The position numbers were made by a program, and so were the translations under genes. Shown piece by piece: positions 17,084 through 26,279 of a stretch of 32,000 nucleotides of DNA; positions within the stretch are counted from its first letter, which is position 1, and each line of letters opens with the position of its first letter. Location: NCBI GenBank assembly GCA_025839675.1, contig CP104013.1, forward strand, positions 4,470,001-4,502,000. Reading direction: 5' to 3'. The notes below the pieces were generated by a model. It searched no databases, was not told the DNA's origin, and saw nothing but the letters and a program-made list of their open reading frames with translations. The stretch comes from Candidatus Lokiarchaeum ossiferum. GTDB lineage: Archaea; Asgardarchaeota; Lokiarchaeia; Sigyniarchaeales; Promethearchaeaceae.

Positions 17084-18440
17084 ATGCCAATGGCTGAATT
17101 TACAGATTTACTGACCCAACCTTGGGGGGTTTTTGATGGAGTTGATATCGAGAAGTATATCATCGGAACCTATATTGTCAAAGTCGGAAAAAAACAAAAT
17201 GGACTTACTATGGGACAGTTCGCGGCTGTCGAACAAAGCACCGGAACATGGATTCGTGTTCCTGCTGAAACCGCGGAAGTACGCAAAGATCATGTGGCCA
17301 AATTATTAGGTTGCTATGAAATTCCTAATTGGGAATATGAAATTCCAAAGGATGTGGAAAGTCGCGATTATGTAATGATTATCGGCTGGCCTAAGGTCAA
17401 CTTGCTCAATGAAGATAATAAATTGAACTTTGCTCTCCTCTTTACGGCTTTAATCGGCAATATTTCCATGGGTGGCAAACTCAAACTCATGGATATTTGG
17501 TTTCCCAAAGATATTTTGGCTACCATGCCTGGACCGAAGTTTGGAATTGAAGGGATTCGCAAATATCTTGGAATAGAAAAGCGACCTTTGCTCAATAACA
17601 TGATCAATTAAGAATAGGATTTCCCTATCTTAGATTAAACCGTGTACTGGGCATACGGCTGCTGTCGCTGGTGATTTAGCTTACCAAGTCGCTCTTGGAG
17701 GTGTGGATGTTGTCAAGGATGATGAACTTATCTCCGGGCACGCGTTCAATACCATTGAAGATCGTGTCACTGCCGTTATGGCGGGTTTAGATAAAGCCAA
17801 AGAAGAGACCGGTGAGAAGACTATCTACATGATCAACGTCACCGACAATCTTCCCAAAGTGTATGACAATATTGCAACCGTTCAAGCCCATGGGGGTAAT
17901 GGTATTCTTATTAACTATTTACCACAAGGTCTCTCCGTCGTTCAACATATTGCGGAAGATCCAAGCGTCAAAATCCCAATTCAGATGCACATGGATTTCG
18001 CCGGAGTATGGTATTGCGATGCGTGGAGTGGCGTTACCAGCAAACTTACGCTTGGTAAATTGCCCCGATTAGTGGGTGGGGATGTAGTTGTTATGCCTGC
18101 TCCTTATGGTAAAGCTCCAGTGGTACCTGAACGATTTATTCAAAATGCTATGGAATGTGTATATCCTTTACCTGGCATTAAACCGATGATGCCTATGCCT
18201 AGCGGTGGCATAACTCCTGGTATGGTCGAATTTGCCATGCGAGATATTGGATCAAACATCATGATTGGTGCTGGTGGTGGAATTCATTCTCACGAGATGG
18301 GACCAACATCTGGAGCCATTGCCTTCCGTCAAGCCATTGATGCCTTTATGGCCTGTATTCCTGCCAAGAAAGCGGCCAAAGAACACAAAGAGCTTGGTGT
18401 GGCCATGGGTATGTGGGGCAGCAAAAAAACTGGCAAGTAA
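17084..18440 (+). pseudogene. RuBisCO large-subunit-like protein (form IV/RLP-type active site) interrupted by a 31-nt insert. As encoded it splits into 17084-17611 and 17634-18440
   Basis: N-terminal half: AAVEQSTGTW (aaESSTGTW), LIGNISMG (GNvfg), EKRPLLNNMI then stop. C-terminal half, in the +1 frame from 17634: IKPCTGHTAAVAGDLAYQVALGGVDVVKDDE (iKPKlGl...GGlDf.KDDE), YGKAP (loop-6 GK), PSGGITPG, GAGGGIHSH, GAIAFRQAID. Removing 17606-17636 restores RPLLNNMI-KPC with the same RPLL-to-KP spacing and the same 26-residue K-to-K(DDE) spacing as spinach K175/K201. The track start at GTG 17703 is an artefact of the split. Confidence 0.85.
17606..17636 (+). other. 31-nt self-contained hairpin insert interrupting the RuBisCO-like gene
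   Basis: aattaagaataggatttccctatcttagatt folds as 13 bp: 17606-08 with 17636-34, G17633 bulged, 17609-12 with 17632-29, A17613 bulged, 17614-18 with 17628-24, loop AUUUC. It contains UAA (17609-11) in the upstream frame and UAG (17631-33) in the downstream frame. Boundaries can slide by up to +2 nt (AA/AA). Confidence 0.8.
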
Positions 18441-18458
18441 AACAATATAATTCCACCC

Positions 18459-18482
18459 TTTTTTTTCACGTTTTTTTTTTTT
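18459..18482 (+). terminator. Double oligo-T tract (T8 ... T12) after the RuBisCO-like gene, candidate terminator
   Basis: ccc-TTTTTTTT-cacg-TTTTTTTTTTTT begins 19 nt after the stop at 18440. These are among the longest T runs in the window in a 3' position. Confidence 0.5.
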
Positions 18483-18595
18483 GAGTTTTCATTTTCCCTA
18501 TTATCTAACAATTCAAAGATCCCAGTAAACTAATTTCCCAATTCATCCTTACTCCTACCAAAAATTGTTTTAAGAGGTAAAAAATAAAAAAAGTT

Positions 18596-19453
18596 TTAGT
18601 TTTTGAATGGGGGAAAAGTTTCACTGCCTAGTTTTTTTCTTTCTTGCAGAATTTTTTCAATAATTAATCTAATAACCAGAAATATATTACCCAATCCAAT
18701 TAAAAACCACATGATCTTAATACCCGCTCGATAAGGGATATTTATGTTTACTGCCACACTCCAAAATACAATCAGAGCTTCAATTATCAAAACTGATAGT
18801 TTAGTAAGACCTGATTGTTCTACTAGTATTTTTTTGGGAATAAACCCAAGAAGAAAAAATAGCGAACAACTATAAAAAAAAACATCTAATTCCTTCCAAG
18901 GATAATGTATTGTCCGACTTTGTATATGATTAATTGCGAAAGTTAGTCCAACACCCAGTGCACCCATTATGGGATAATATAAGAATAAATTGAAAAATTT
19001 TGTAAGATGATGAATTGTAATATTTCTATCAGGATAATTTGTTAAAAAATTGATTGTAAGTAGTTCTTTCTGATAAAGGACCAATAAAACCTTCAAGAAT
19101 AGCATCAATATCAGCATTATCATGATAACAGTATACCATACTAATATTCCAGCAATCACGAAGCCGTAATATAACACAAGACCGGAGTAGAAGATCTGCT
19201 TATCACTTTTTGAATGGTTCTTTACTTTTGCTTCGATTAAGTATATTATTATAGGGATAAAAGGAGATAATATGAGTATTCCCAGTTGAAAAAATGTCTC
19301 TATATTTGTTTGATTGTTTAACGGTGGTAAATATGCTGCATTTTTCCAAATCATGACAAAGAAAAAATAGTAAACAAAAAGAAATATTATTAGCCAATTC
19401 AAATCTTGTAGAAATTTCCACACAAGTTTTGGTTTGTTTTTTTGGGACTCCAT
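18596..19453 (-). CDS. Polytopic membrane protein, unknown function (285 aa)
   Basis: About 8 hydrophobic segments rich in I/L/F/Y. No catalytic motif recognised. Confidence 0.6.
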   Translation of the reverse strand: MESQKNKPKLVWKFLQDLNWLIIFLFVYYFFFVMIWKNAAYLPPLNNQTNIETFFQLGILILSPFIPIIIYLIEAKVKNHSKSDKQIFYSGLVLYYGFVIAGILVWYTVIMIMLILMLFLKVLLVLYQKELLTINFLTNYPDRNITIHHLTKFFNLFLYYPIMGALGVGLTFAINHIQSRTIHYPWKELDVFFYSCSLFFLLGFIPKKILVEQSGLTKLSVLIIEALIVFWSVAVNINIPYRAGIKIMWFLIGLGNIFLVIRLIIEKILQERKKLGSETFPPFKN

Positions 19454-19588
19454 ATAAGGAATATCTGGTGTTAATTAATAAAAATAACTAGTAAATCTCT
19501 CCGCTTTTGAAAGATGGATGATAAATTTCCAATTTTAATCGGGATTATTTTATCTCAAAAATTTATTTTCTTAATGCTTACAATCAAA

Positions 19589-21013
19589 TTAGAAATGGAT
19601 AATAAGATTTGGTAAGGATTGTAATTCTGTTGTGACATTTTGGATCGGATTACCGGTCAAATCGATTTCTTGCAAATGGTGTAGCCATTTGATCGAGGCT
19701 GGAATTTTATGGAGTCCACAATTTTTGGCACGAATCGTAGTGATATGGCCGTTTTCACTTGTAAAGGTAAAATCCAATTGATTTTCGGGCTCATCGCCCT
19801 CAAATGTTAGAATATCCATAAATGATTCATCAAATGGTGATAAATTGAACTGATCTTGGAGTTCTAAAAGAAATTCGATTTCTTTAATCGAAGTGGTTGG
19901 AATGGATTGCAATTTCGCATACAGTGCTTTATAGGAAGGGTTTTTTGAAGTTAAAAGGTTATTCAAGGCGAGACGATGAATATGTAATTCATTTTCATGC
20001 TCCAAAGACAAACTTTGCCAAAATTGAGGGTGAATTGGTGCCAAAGGGTTATTTGCTGCGGCTTCCCGAACCTTTGCATCGCTTTCTGTTTCGATACTAA
20101 AAAAATTGCCAAATTCTGAAAACCGAGGTGCTCCCTCACTACGCGCCGCGGATTTTCGAACTTTGGGATCGGGTTCAGTTATTTCGGATAGAAATCGAAT
20201 ATATTCCTTAAAAGATGGTGCTTTTGGATTTTTAGCGATGAAGGTCCGCAGAAAGCCATGCTTGGAACTAAACCCTTTTCTGAAATCGGTTAGGGTTACT
20301 GCGGCGGGCTGTTGCAATAATTGTGTATAATCAACACTCTCAAGGAACAATTCAATCGGAGGATCCATTTGGAAGATTTTTATCACTATTTCCTCAAAAA
20401 AAGGAAATTTGGGATGGTTTGGATCATCGTAGATGTCAGGCACTTGGGAGGGGATATATTCTTCCGGAATATAATGTAACGTTTCTAAGACGGGGATCAG
20501 GTTGGCTATCAAGCAAGAATCATGCCGTTTGCCTTCATAATTGCAATCGGTAGCGATTTGATCTAAAAAATCATATAAATACTTAACATCAATTAAGCTC
20601 ATAAAGCGAAGTAATCGATTGGATAAGGGAATTCCAAGCTGGCTTTGGTTTTCGATGTCTGCTTGAATTTTAAACGCGTCTTCTCCCATTTCTGCAATTC
20701 CTGCAACCCAAGAATTTAGGGCTTGGAAAATGTCTTCCATGGTGAGATCATCCACGATCTTGTCCTCACTGGATTCAGAAAAGATATGGGCTTCTTCAAG
20801 GTCGGTGGGATCATTTTCTTCAGACCAAGGTATTTCATCGGAAGTTGAGAGAGCCAGATGGATACAATCAATTTTTTCTTCCTGGATAATGTCTCCTGAC
20901 TGATTATCTACCAATTGCATTATAACGGATTGTTTTCTGGATTCTGGATCGACATGTGCAATAAGGAATACGTCAGAACGGATGAATTGATGCTTGGATG
21001 TATAATCTCCCAT
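19589..21013 (-). CDS. Repeat protein with HEAT/LRV-type repeats and C-terminal leucine-rich repeats
   Basis: EPDPKVRKSAARSEGAP and ESDAKVREAAANNPLAP match the D..VR..AA.np..P LRV/PBS-HEAT pattern. The C-terminus CGLHKIPASIKWLHHLQEIDLTGNPIQNVTTELQSLPNLIIHF is a canonical LxxLxLxxNxI LRR. Confidence 0.65.
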   Translation of the reverse strand: MGDYTSKHQFIRSDVFLIAHVDPESRKQSVIMQLVDNQSGDIIQEEKIDCIHLALSTSDEIPWSEENDPTDLEEAHIFSESSEDKIVDDLTMEDIFQALNSWVAGIAEMGEDAFKIQADIENQSQLGIPLSNRLLRFMSLIDVKYLYDFLDQIATDCNYEGKRHDSCLIANLIPVLETLHYIPEEYIPSQVPDIYDDPNHPKFPFFEEIVIKIFQMDPPIELFLESVDYTQLLQQPAAVTLTDFRKGFSSKHGFLRTFIAKNPKAPSFKEYIRFLSEITEPDPKVRKSAARSEGAPRFSEFGNFFSIETESDAKVREAAANNPLAPIHPQFWQSLSLEHENELHIHRLALNNLLTSKNPSYKALYAKLQSIPTTSIKEIEFLLELQDQFNLSPFDESFMDILTFEGDEPENQLDFTFTSENGHITTIRAKNCGLHKIPASIKWLHHLQEIDLTGNPIQNVTTELQSLPNLIIHF

Positions 21014-21200
21014 GAACTACATTATATTATTTTGGATAGTTGAAGAATGATCTGCCTAAAAATGATAAGGCTCCATATATTTGACGATGCTTTATGCTTT
21101 ATTGAATTTTGTTTAAAACCCAAATTTGCTGTTTTTCCTATGGTCTCTGTCCCGCAGATTCGATCCTACCTTTAAATACAAAAGAAAATTCATGTGAATT

Positions 21201-21968
21201 ATGACTGAAAACGTTTCTGATGCTTTGCCTGACATTACAAATGCTCTTCATATCACACAACAATATGAAGAATATAATTTTCTCCGTCTTTGGGGAATTT
21301 TTCTTTTGATAGATAGTCTCATTTTTCTAAGTTCTCTTATCCCAATATTTCTCATAACCCACAAAGTCTATTATTTCTATAACAATCCGGGTAGAATATT
21401 GAGAATTGGGCTAAATTTTGTTCAATATTTACTGGTTTTCATTCTATTGATGAGAAGGGGGAGATCAAAAAAAACCAGCGTAAAACTAGGAAAGATGAAA
21501 GTGTCTTTTAATTGGTTGTTCCTTGGAGGACTAATTCTAATATTTCTATTAAGATCACTTCTAAATTTGATAACAAATTTTTTTTCTTTTAGTTTTTGGG
21601 GATATCCTTATTATTATTTCACTGATATAATAATTTTGAGTTTAACAACCCTCTTGTATTATAATCTGATGAGAAAAATCATTTCGCAACATAATTTTAA
21701 AGAATTGAAAATAATTACATTTGTTTTATTTGGGTGGATTGCTGCCCTCATAATACTATTACCTATCTTAAAAATAGATGAATTCTTTAAGTGGGATGAA
21801 ATTTATGTCCCTTTATCCGGTCCTGAAACAGACACAATACAAAGTTCTGATCTTTTCCCAATATTTCAGTATATTGTGTCTCAATTAACAACTTTCATTT
21901 TTCTCGTATGTGAATTTAGATCTGGAATGATAGCCTTAAGGAAATCCAATGAATTATTGAAGAAGTGA
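21201..21968 (+). CDS. Polytopic membrane protein, unknown function (255 aa)
   Basis: About 6 hydrophobic segments. Its stop lies 4 nt before the downstream wHTH gene, so the two are likely an operon. Confidence 0.6.
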   Translation: MTENVSDALPDITNALHITQQYEEYNFLRLWGIFLLIDSLIFLSSLIPIFLITHKVYYFYNNPGRILRIGLNFVQYLLVFILLMRRGRSKKTSVKLGKMKVSFNWLFLGGLILIFLLRSLLNLITNFFSFSFWGYPYYYFTDIIILSLTTLLYYNLMRKIISQHNFKELKIITFVLFGWIAALIILLPILKIDEFFKWDEIYVPLSGPETDTIQSSDLFPIFQYIVSQLTTFIFLVCEFRSGMIALRKSNELLKK

Positions 21969-21972
21969 TGTT

Positions 21973-22341
21973 ATGAAAATACTTGAAAACTCTGATGTGG
22001 AAATTGCAGATTCCCTTAAAATCAATGAATCCAAGCTGAAAATTCTCCAAGATCCCATTTTTTCTTCCACAACACGTTTAACAATTATGATGATTTTGAA
22101 TGCGAATCCCCAAGTGGGATTTACCACCCTTCGCAAGCTCCTCAAGATTACTGCTGGAAACATGGATCATCATACCAAATCTTTGGAAACTGCAGGTTTT
22201 CTTGTAAAATTTAAAACCTTTAGATTCAAACAACCGATGACCGTCTTAAAAATTACAGATCGTGGGAGAACGGCTTTCAAAACTTACTCTGATATGTTAA
22301 TTCAATTTTTGAATCCTGATATAGGCCAATCTAACAATTAA
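21973..22341 (+). CDS. Winged-helix transcriptional regulator (ArsR/HTH_34-like)
   Basis: LQDPIFSSTTRLTIMMILNANPQVGFTTLRKLLKITAGNMDHHTKSLETAGFLVKFKTFRFKQPMTVLKITDRGRTAF fits the R..Il..L......f..L...l..t.gnls.H...Le.aG.v...k........t.y.lT..Gr.af pattern. Confidence 0.7.
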   Translation: MKILENSDVEIADSLKINESKLKILQDPIFSSTTRLTIMMILNANPQVGFTTLRKLLKITAGNMDHHTKSLETAGFLVKFKTFRFKQPMTVLKITDRGRTAFKTYSDMLIQFLNPDIGQSNN

Positions 22342-22384
22342 AAACCTGGAAAGACGAAAAAATTGTAAAAATAGAAAAAAAATG

Positions 22385-23209
22385 TTATAGCAGTAACAAT
22401 GATACTGCCATAATGGCCATTCCGAGCACAATGCCTAACACAACTTGATCCCCTCTTCCGTATGAGTGGGCAGCTGGAATTAATTCATCCAAAGAAATAT
22501 AGATCATAATTCCTGAAATAACGCTCATCATGCCTCCAATTAATTGATCTGTGAGAAAAGGAGCAAGGAATGCATATCCAATCAAAGCACCTAGTGGTTC
22601 GGTTAAACCAGAGAGGAAGGAAATTTTAAAGGCTTTTTTTTTATCTCCTGTGGCAAAGTAAATGGGGCAAGCTACGGCGATGCCTTCAGGAATGTTATGG
22701 ATGGCGACGGCGATGCTAATAACAATGCCTAATTGTATATCTGCTAAAGTACTACCAAATGCGGCTAAACCTTCAGGGAAGTTATGAATCGCAAGGGTAA
22801 TTGCTGTTAATGTACCAGTTTTAAGCATCTGTGGATGACTGGTTTGTTTATGGGAAGAAGATAAAGATTCTTCGTCTCCGTTCTTCTTATCTACATTCGA
22901 TTCGATGAGGCACTCGCCCATATTATGATGAGGGTTTTCCACTTTGGGAATAATCCAATCAATAATCATGGTTAAGGCCATTCCTACAAAAAGTAGGAGT
23001 ATTCCAAGAACTTCACCAACCGATTCAATTCCTAACGGGAGGAGATCCATAAAAGAAACATATATCATCACTCCGGCCGATGCGCCTAAAGAGATTGAGA
23101 GTCCGGTTTTGGATGGTTTTTTTGAAAAAACCATAATCAACCCTCCAATGCCTGTGGAAAGTCCAGCGAGGAGAGTAAAGAGGAAAGCATACGCTAATTG
23201 TTGTTCCAT
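22385..23209 (-). CDS. zupT: ZIP-family divalent metal (zinc) transporter ZupT
   Basis: Paired signature motifs HNFPEGLAAF and HNIPEGIAVA, a His-rich cytoplasmic loop (NPHHNMGE), about 8 TM segments and a typical length of ~270 aa. Confidence 0.9.
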   Translation of the reverse strand: MEQQLAYAFLFTLLAGLSTGIGGLIMVFSKKPSKTGLSISLGASAGVMIYVSFMDLLPLGIESVGEVLGILLLFVGMALTMIIDWIIPKVENPHHNMGECLIESNVDKKNGDEESLSSSHKQTSHPQMLKTGTLTAITLAIHNFPEGLAAFGSTLADIQLGIVISIAVAIHNIPEGIAVACPIYFATGDKKKAFKISFLSGLTEPLGALIGYAFLAPFLTDQLIGGMMSVISGIMIYISLDELIPAAHSYGRGDQVVLGIVLGMAIMAVSLLLL

Positions 23210-23632
23210 GAGTTGTTCACTTCCTTGTGTGGGTTAAAGGAGTGGTTATTTCTAATGATCTAAAAGGTGCCCTAATATATAAATGTTAGGCATGTCTAAT
23301 AAATATAAATATAAAATTTGTGAAATATTCTAATACCCTTCAAAATCCATATATATGATCGATATAAACTAATGTATTATTAATAAAGAATAAATTGCTT
23401 CTATATTATATAAAATCGATTAAAAGACAAATTTATTCCAGTAAACACAAATTTTCAAAATTGCAAATCGAAGTCATAAAAATTTAAATTGACAAAAGCC
23501 AATCAGGAATATTTTGTTCTAATACAAAAGGTTCAATTTTAGAAAACAAAAGGTCGAAAAAATTAGAATTGTTTCGAATCAGATTAAAGATAACTTAGAT
23601 AATCATGAAATGAAACTGAAAAAAAAGGGATT

Positions 23633-24373
23633 TTATGATTTTTGTTCCATAGGTTTATTTCTTTTTAACCAATTTTCTATTTTTGAGGGCCTAATTACTC
23701 CAATATACAGAAATAGAGAAACTAAAACAACCATAAACCATCCAAAATAATAAAAAATTGTGAAATTGGCTCCTAAAACTCTGTCTATTAAAAAAAAGAT
23801 ATAAATCATAATTAAAGAAATTGGAGCCAGTCCCAATATTCCCACGAAAAATTTATCCACCTTTTCATCCAATTTTCGATTTAATTGAAAACAACTATAA
23901 ATGATATATGTGTCAACGATTAAGGATAAAATAAGAAGGAAACTCCAAATCAAAGTAGATAAATCGACTATAAACAGACCGAAAACCATTGTGTAAATCA
24001 TATATGCGCCGGTGAAGACCGAAAAAATCGAAATTATGACTAATCTCGTCTTTTTTTGGATCTTTGGATGAAAAACATTTAAACCAAACTGCAAAAAGAA
24101 AATATTTGAAAGAGCAATAAATGAAACAGTTACAGCCAGGAGTTCAATAAATTTTCCTGGGGAGATCTCCCATATTTCAAAATATCTTAAAACCCTCGAT
24201 ATCGCAGCACTAAACACTGCCAAACTTAATGATAATATTACAAAAAAGAAATTTTTTATAATTTTTGTTTTAAGCCTACTATATTTTTTTCCAACTTGGA
24301 ATGCTACAAATGCTCCGATGAGGGAGATGGAAAATTCATATAGCATAGGAACGAGATAATCTAAGTTTACCAT
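23633..24373 (-). CDS. Polytopic membrane protein, unknown function (246 aa)
   Basis: Seven hydrophobic segments with a short basic C-terminal tail. No motif recognised. Confidence 0.55.
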   Translation of the reverse strand: MVNLDYLVPMLYEFSISLIGAFVAFQVGKKYSRLKTKIIKNFFFVILSLSLAVFSAAISRVLRYFEIWEISPGKFIELLAVTVSFIALSNIFFLQFGLNVFHPKIQKKTRLVIISIFSVFTGAYMIYTMVFGLFIVDLSTLIWSFLLILSLIVDTYIIYSCFQLNRKLDEKVDKFFVGILGLAPISLIMIYIFFLIDRVLGANFTIFYYFGWFMVVLVSLFLYIGVIRPSKIENWLKRNKPMEQKS

Positions 24374-24741
24374 AATATTTTTAGAAGTAAAAGGAAACCT
24401 AAAAAGATTGGTTTATTAATTTTTGAATGTTTTTGAAGTTATCATAATGCCGTATTTAAGACTTAAATGGGATGGGGCAACAATTTTAAAAATCACGACT
24501 CTTTGAACTGCGAATATCCTTTTTAGTTCATGAAAATATCCATTTAATGAAATTTGATTCCCTTCTAAAATATTATGACTTCTATTGAGGATAGGACCTC
24601 AAAGAAAAAAAAATGGACTTTTTCCTTCTTAATACATGGTTCCTATATATTTTTTTTCCAAATATGAAATTATGCTACAAATTGTGGAAATTTACTTACA
24701 TTTTTTAGATTTTCTTTTCCAGAATACTACAAGGTGTATAT

Positions 24742-25269
24742 ATGACAGATCTTAATAATGTAAAAATATCAGGAAAAGCAATAACTCCCGTTTTAAAAGG
24801 ATTATCAAATGAAAATTTGGCTCGAAAAATATTAAAAGAAGGAGTTGGCACTCAAGAGATAGATGAAAACAAACAATATCCCGCAGAGAAGTATGTTGAG
24901 TCTCTGAACATTATCGAAAAAAAGATGGGTTCTTTGGTCCTGAAAAAAGTAGGGAAATTCATGATGGATTCCGCAAAATGGCCGCCAAATGTTAACGATT
25001 TGGAAAACGCTTTGAAATCAATCGATGTTGCATATAAAATGAACCATACACCAAATTCATCAGATAAAATTGGAAGTTATCACTTCAAAAAGATTAGTGA
25101 TAAAGAATTTGAAATACACTGTGATAATCCTTATCCATGTGGTCTTGATCTTGGAATCGTTGCTGGGGTTGCACAAAAATTTAATCCAAAAGCATATACA
25201 CGTCATAAAGAAGGCGATTGCAGGGCAAAAGGAAAAAAATCTTGTGTATATTCAATTAAATTAAGCTGA
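24742..25269 (+). CDS. Hypothetical soluble protein with C-terminal V4R-like Cys motif
   Basis: The C-terminus FEIHCDNPYPCGLDLGIVAGVAQKFNPKAYTRHKEGDCRAKGKKSCVYSIKL resembles the V4R pattern (C....pvC....G...G......v.v.E..C.a.G...C.F.i). This is a memory-based assignment. Confidence 0.4.
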   Translation: MTDLNNVKISGKAITPVLKGLSNENLARKILKEGVGTQEIDENKQYPAEKYVESLNIIEKKMGSLVLKKVGKFMMDSAKWPPNVNDLENALKSIDVAYKMNHTPNSSDKIGSYHFKKISDKEFEIHCDNPYPCGLDLGIVAGVAQKFNPKAYTRHKEGDCRAKGKKSCVYSIKLS

Positions 25270-25270
25270 A

Positions 25271-25280
25271 TTTTTTTTTT
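25271..25280 (+). terminator. Oligo-T tract (T10) immediately after the stop of the 24742 gene, candidate terminator
   Basis: tga-a-TTTTTTTTTT starts 2 nt after the stop codon (25267-25269). Confidence 0.45.
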
Positions 25281-25583
25281 ATTCCATTAATTATATGTGA
25301 TTTAATTTATTTTTCTTACTTATTCATTTAGCAAACTGTTTTTCCATATTTTTCCATCTACTCATTTATTATATTTAACTCAAATTCAAATCTCTAATAA
25401 TGAAAAAACAATCATACCCTAAACCAGAATATCTTGGTTTGTTTTTTTTGATAGAACTGGTTGGATTTGAGTGCAATTTCGAGTATAGTGTACCTTTGGT
25501 CGGATCTTAGAATTTATCAACCTCGAATAAAACCCCCCAATAAAATTAAAAAAAACAATCGATTATATGTTAAGTGATAACTA

Positions 25584-26126
25584 ATGACTAAATCCTCACC
25601 ATCACCTCATAATCATGATTTTTCATGTGTTCCTTTCAAAAAAAAGGGGTTTTATTTTGGAATGACAATTCCCTTTTTATTGGTATCTCTGGGAATTTTA
25701 ATCTTTTTGGGAGTTACTAACGTGTGGTTGGCCCTCCTTTATCTCTATTTATACTTACACACTTCTTTCTTCCAAGCTTTCTGTTGTGTGCATCAAGAAT
25801 GTCCCTATATTGGAGGTTTTTGCCCAGCTGTAATCGGAATTTTGCCTGCTCCTTATATTGCCAAATGGTTGAAAAGCACGTTAAAATTACCCCTTTCCAA
25901 GAAAAAATTTGATTTCGTGATAAATGTGGCCTTTATTGGCTTTCTTGGATTCATTTTCCTTCCGATATATTGGCTTTTTCAAGCCTACTTCATAGTTGGC
26001 ATATCCTACATAATTATTGTGGTGGTTTATCTGCTAGTATTTGGATTTTACATATGTCCATCCTGTGCTATTCGTGATACATGTCCTGGGGGAAAGGTTC
26101 ATCAATTATTTAAACGTCAGAAATGA
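25584..26126 (+). CDS. Cys-rich small membrane protein (180 aa)
   Basis: Four hydrophobic segments with two Cys clusters: FCCVHQECPYIGGFCP and CPSCAIRDTCPGG, a possible metal or Fe-S site. No family recognised. Confidence 0.5.
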   Translation: MTKSSPSPHNHDFSCVPFKKKGFYFGMTIPFLLVSLGILIFLGVTNVWLALLYLYLYLHTSFFQAFCCVHQECPYIGGFCPAVIGILPAPYIAKWLKSTLKLPLSKKKFDFVINVAFIGFLGFIFLPIYWLFQAYFIVGISYIIIVVVYLLVFGFYICPSCAIRDTCPGGKVHQLFKRQK

Positions 26127-26279
26127 TAAAGCCGAACGCGAAGGGACGAAGGGATGAGAAGGATAATTTATTGTGTTCTCAAATCAAAAATAGTCAAAAA
26201 AAGTTGAATGATGATCTTAACTCCTCTATATTTCCATGAAAGGGAATAAGGATTCGCAAGATCAAAACCATGAATTGAA

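Noticed and set aside
17606-17636. Canonical archaeal bulge-helix-bulge (BHB) intron in the RuBisCO-like mRNA
   Set aside because: The hairpin has two bulges on opposite strands separated by a 4-bp helix. However, they are 1-nt rather than 3-nt bulges, and their polarity is the mirror of a BHB: the 5'-strand bulge sits at the inner end of the central helix. Cutting at the bulges would remove about 20 nt and leave the UAA in frame. A non-canonical excision is still kept as one hypothesis in the findings.
17863-18450. Track ORFs 17863-18072 and 18265-18450 (+), and 18329-18511 (-)
   Set aside because: They are out-of-frame overlaps of the strongly supported RuBisCO-like reading frame.
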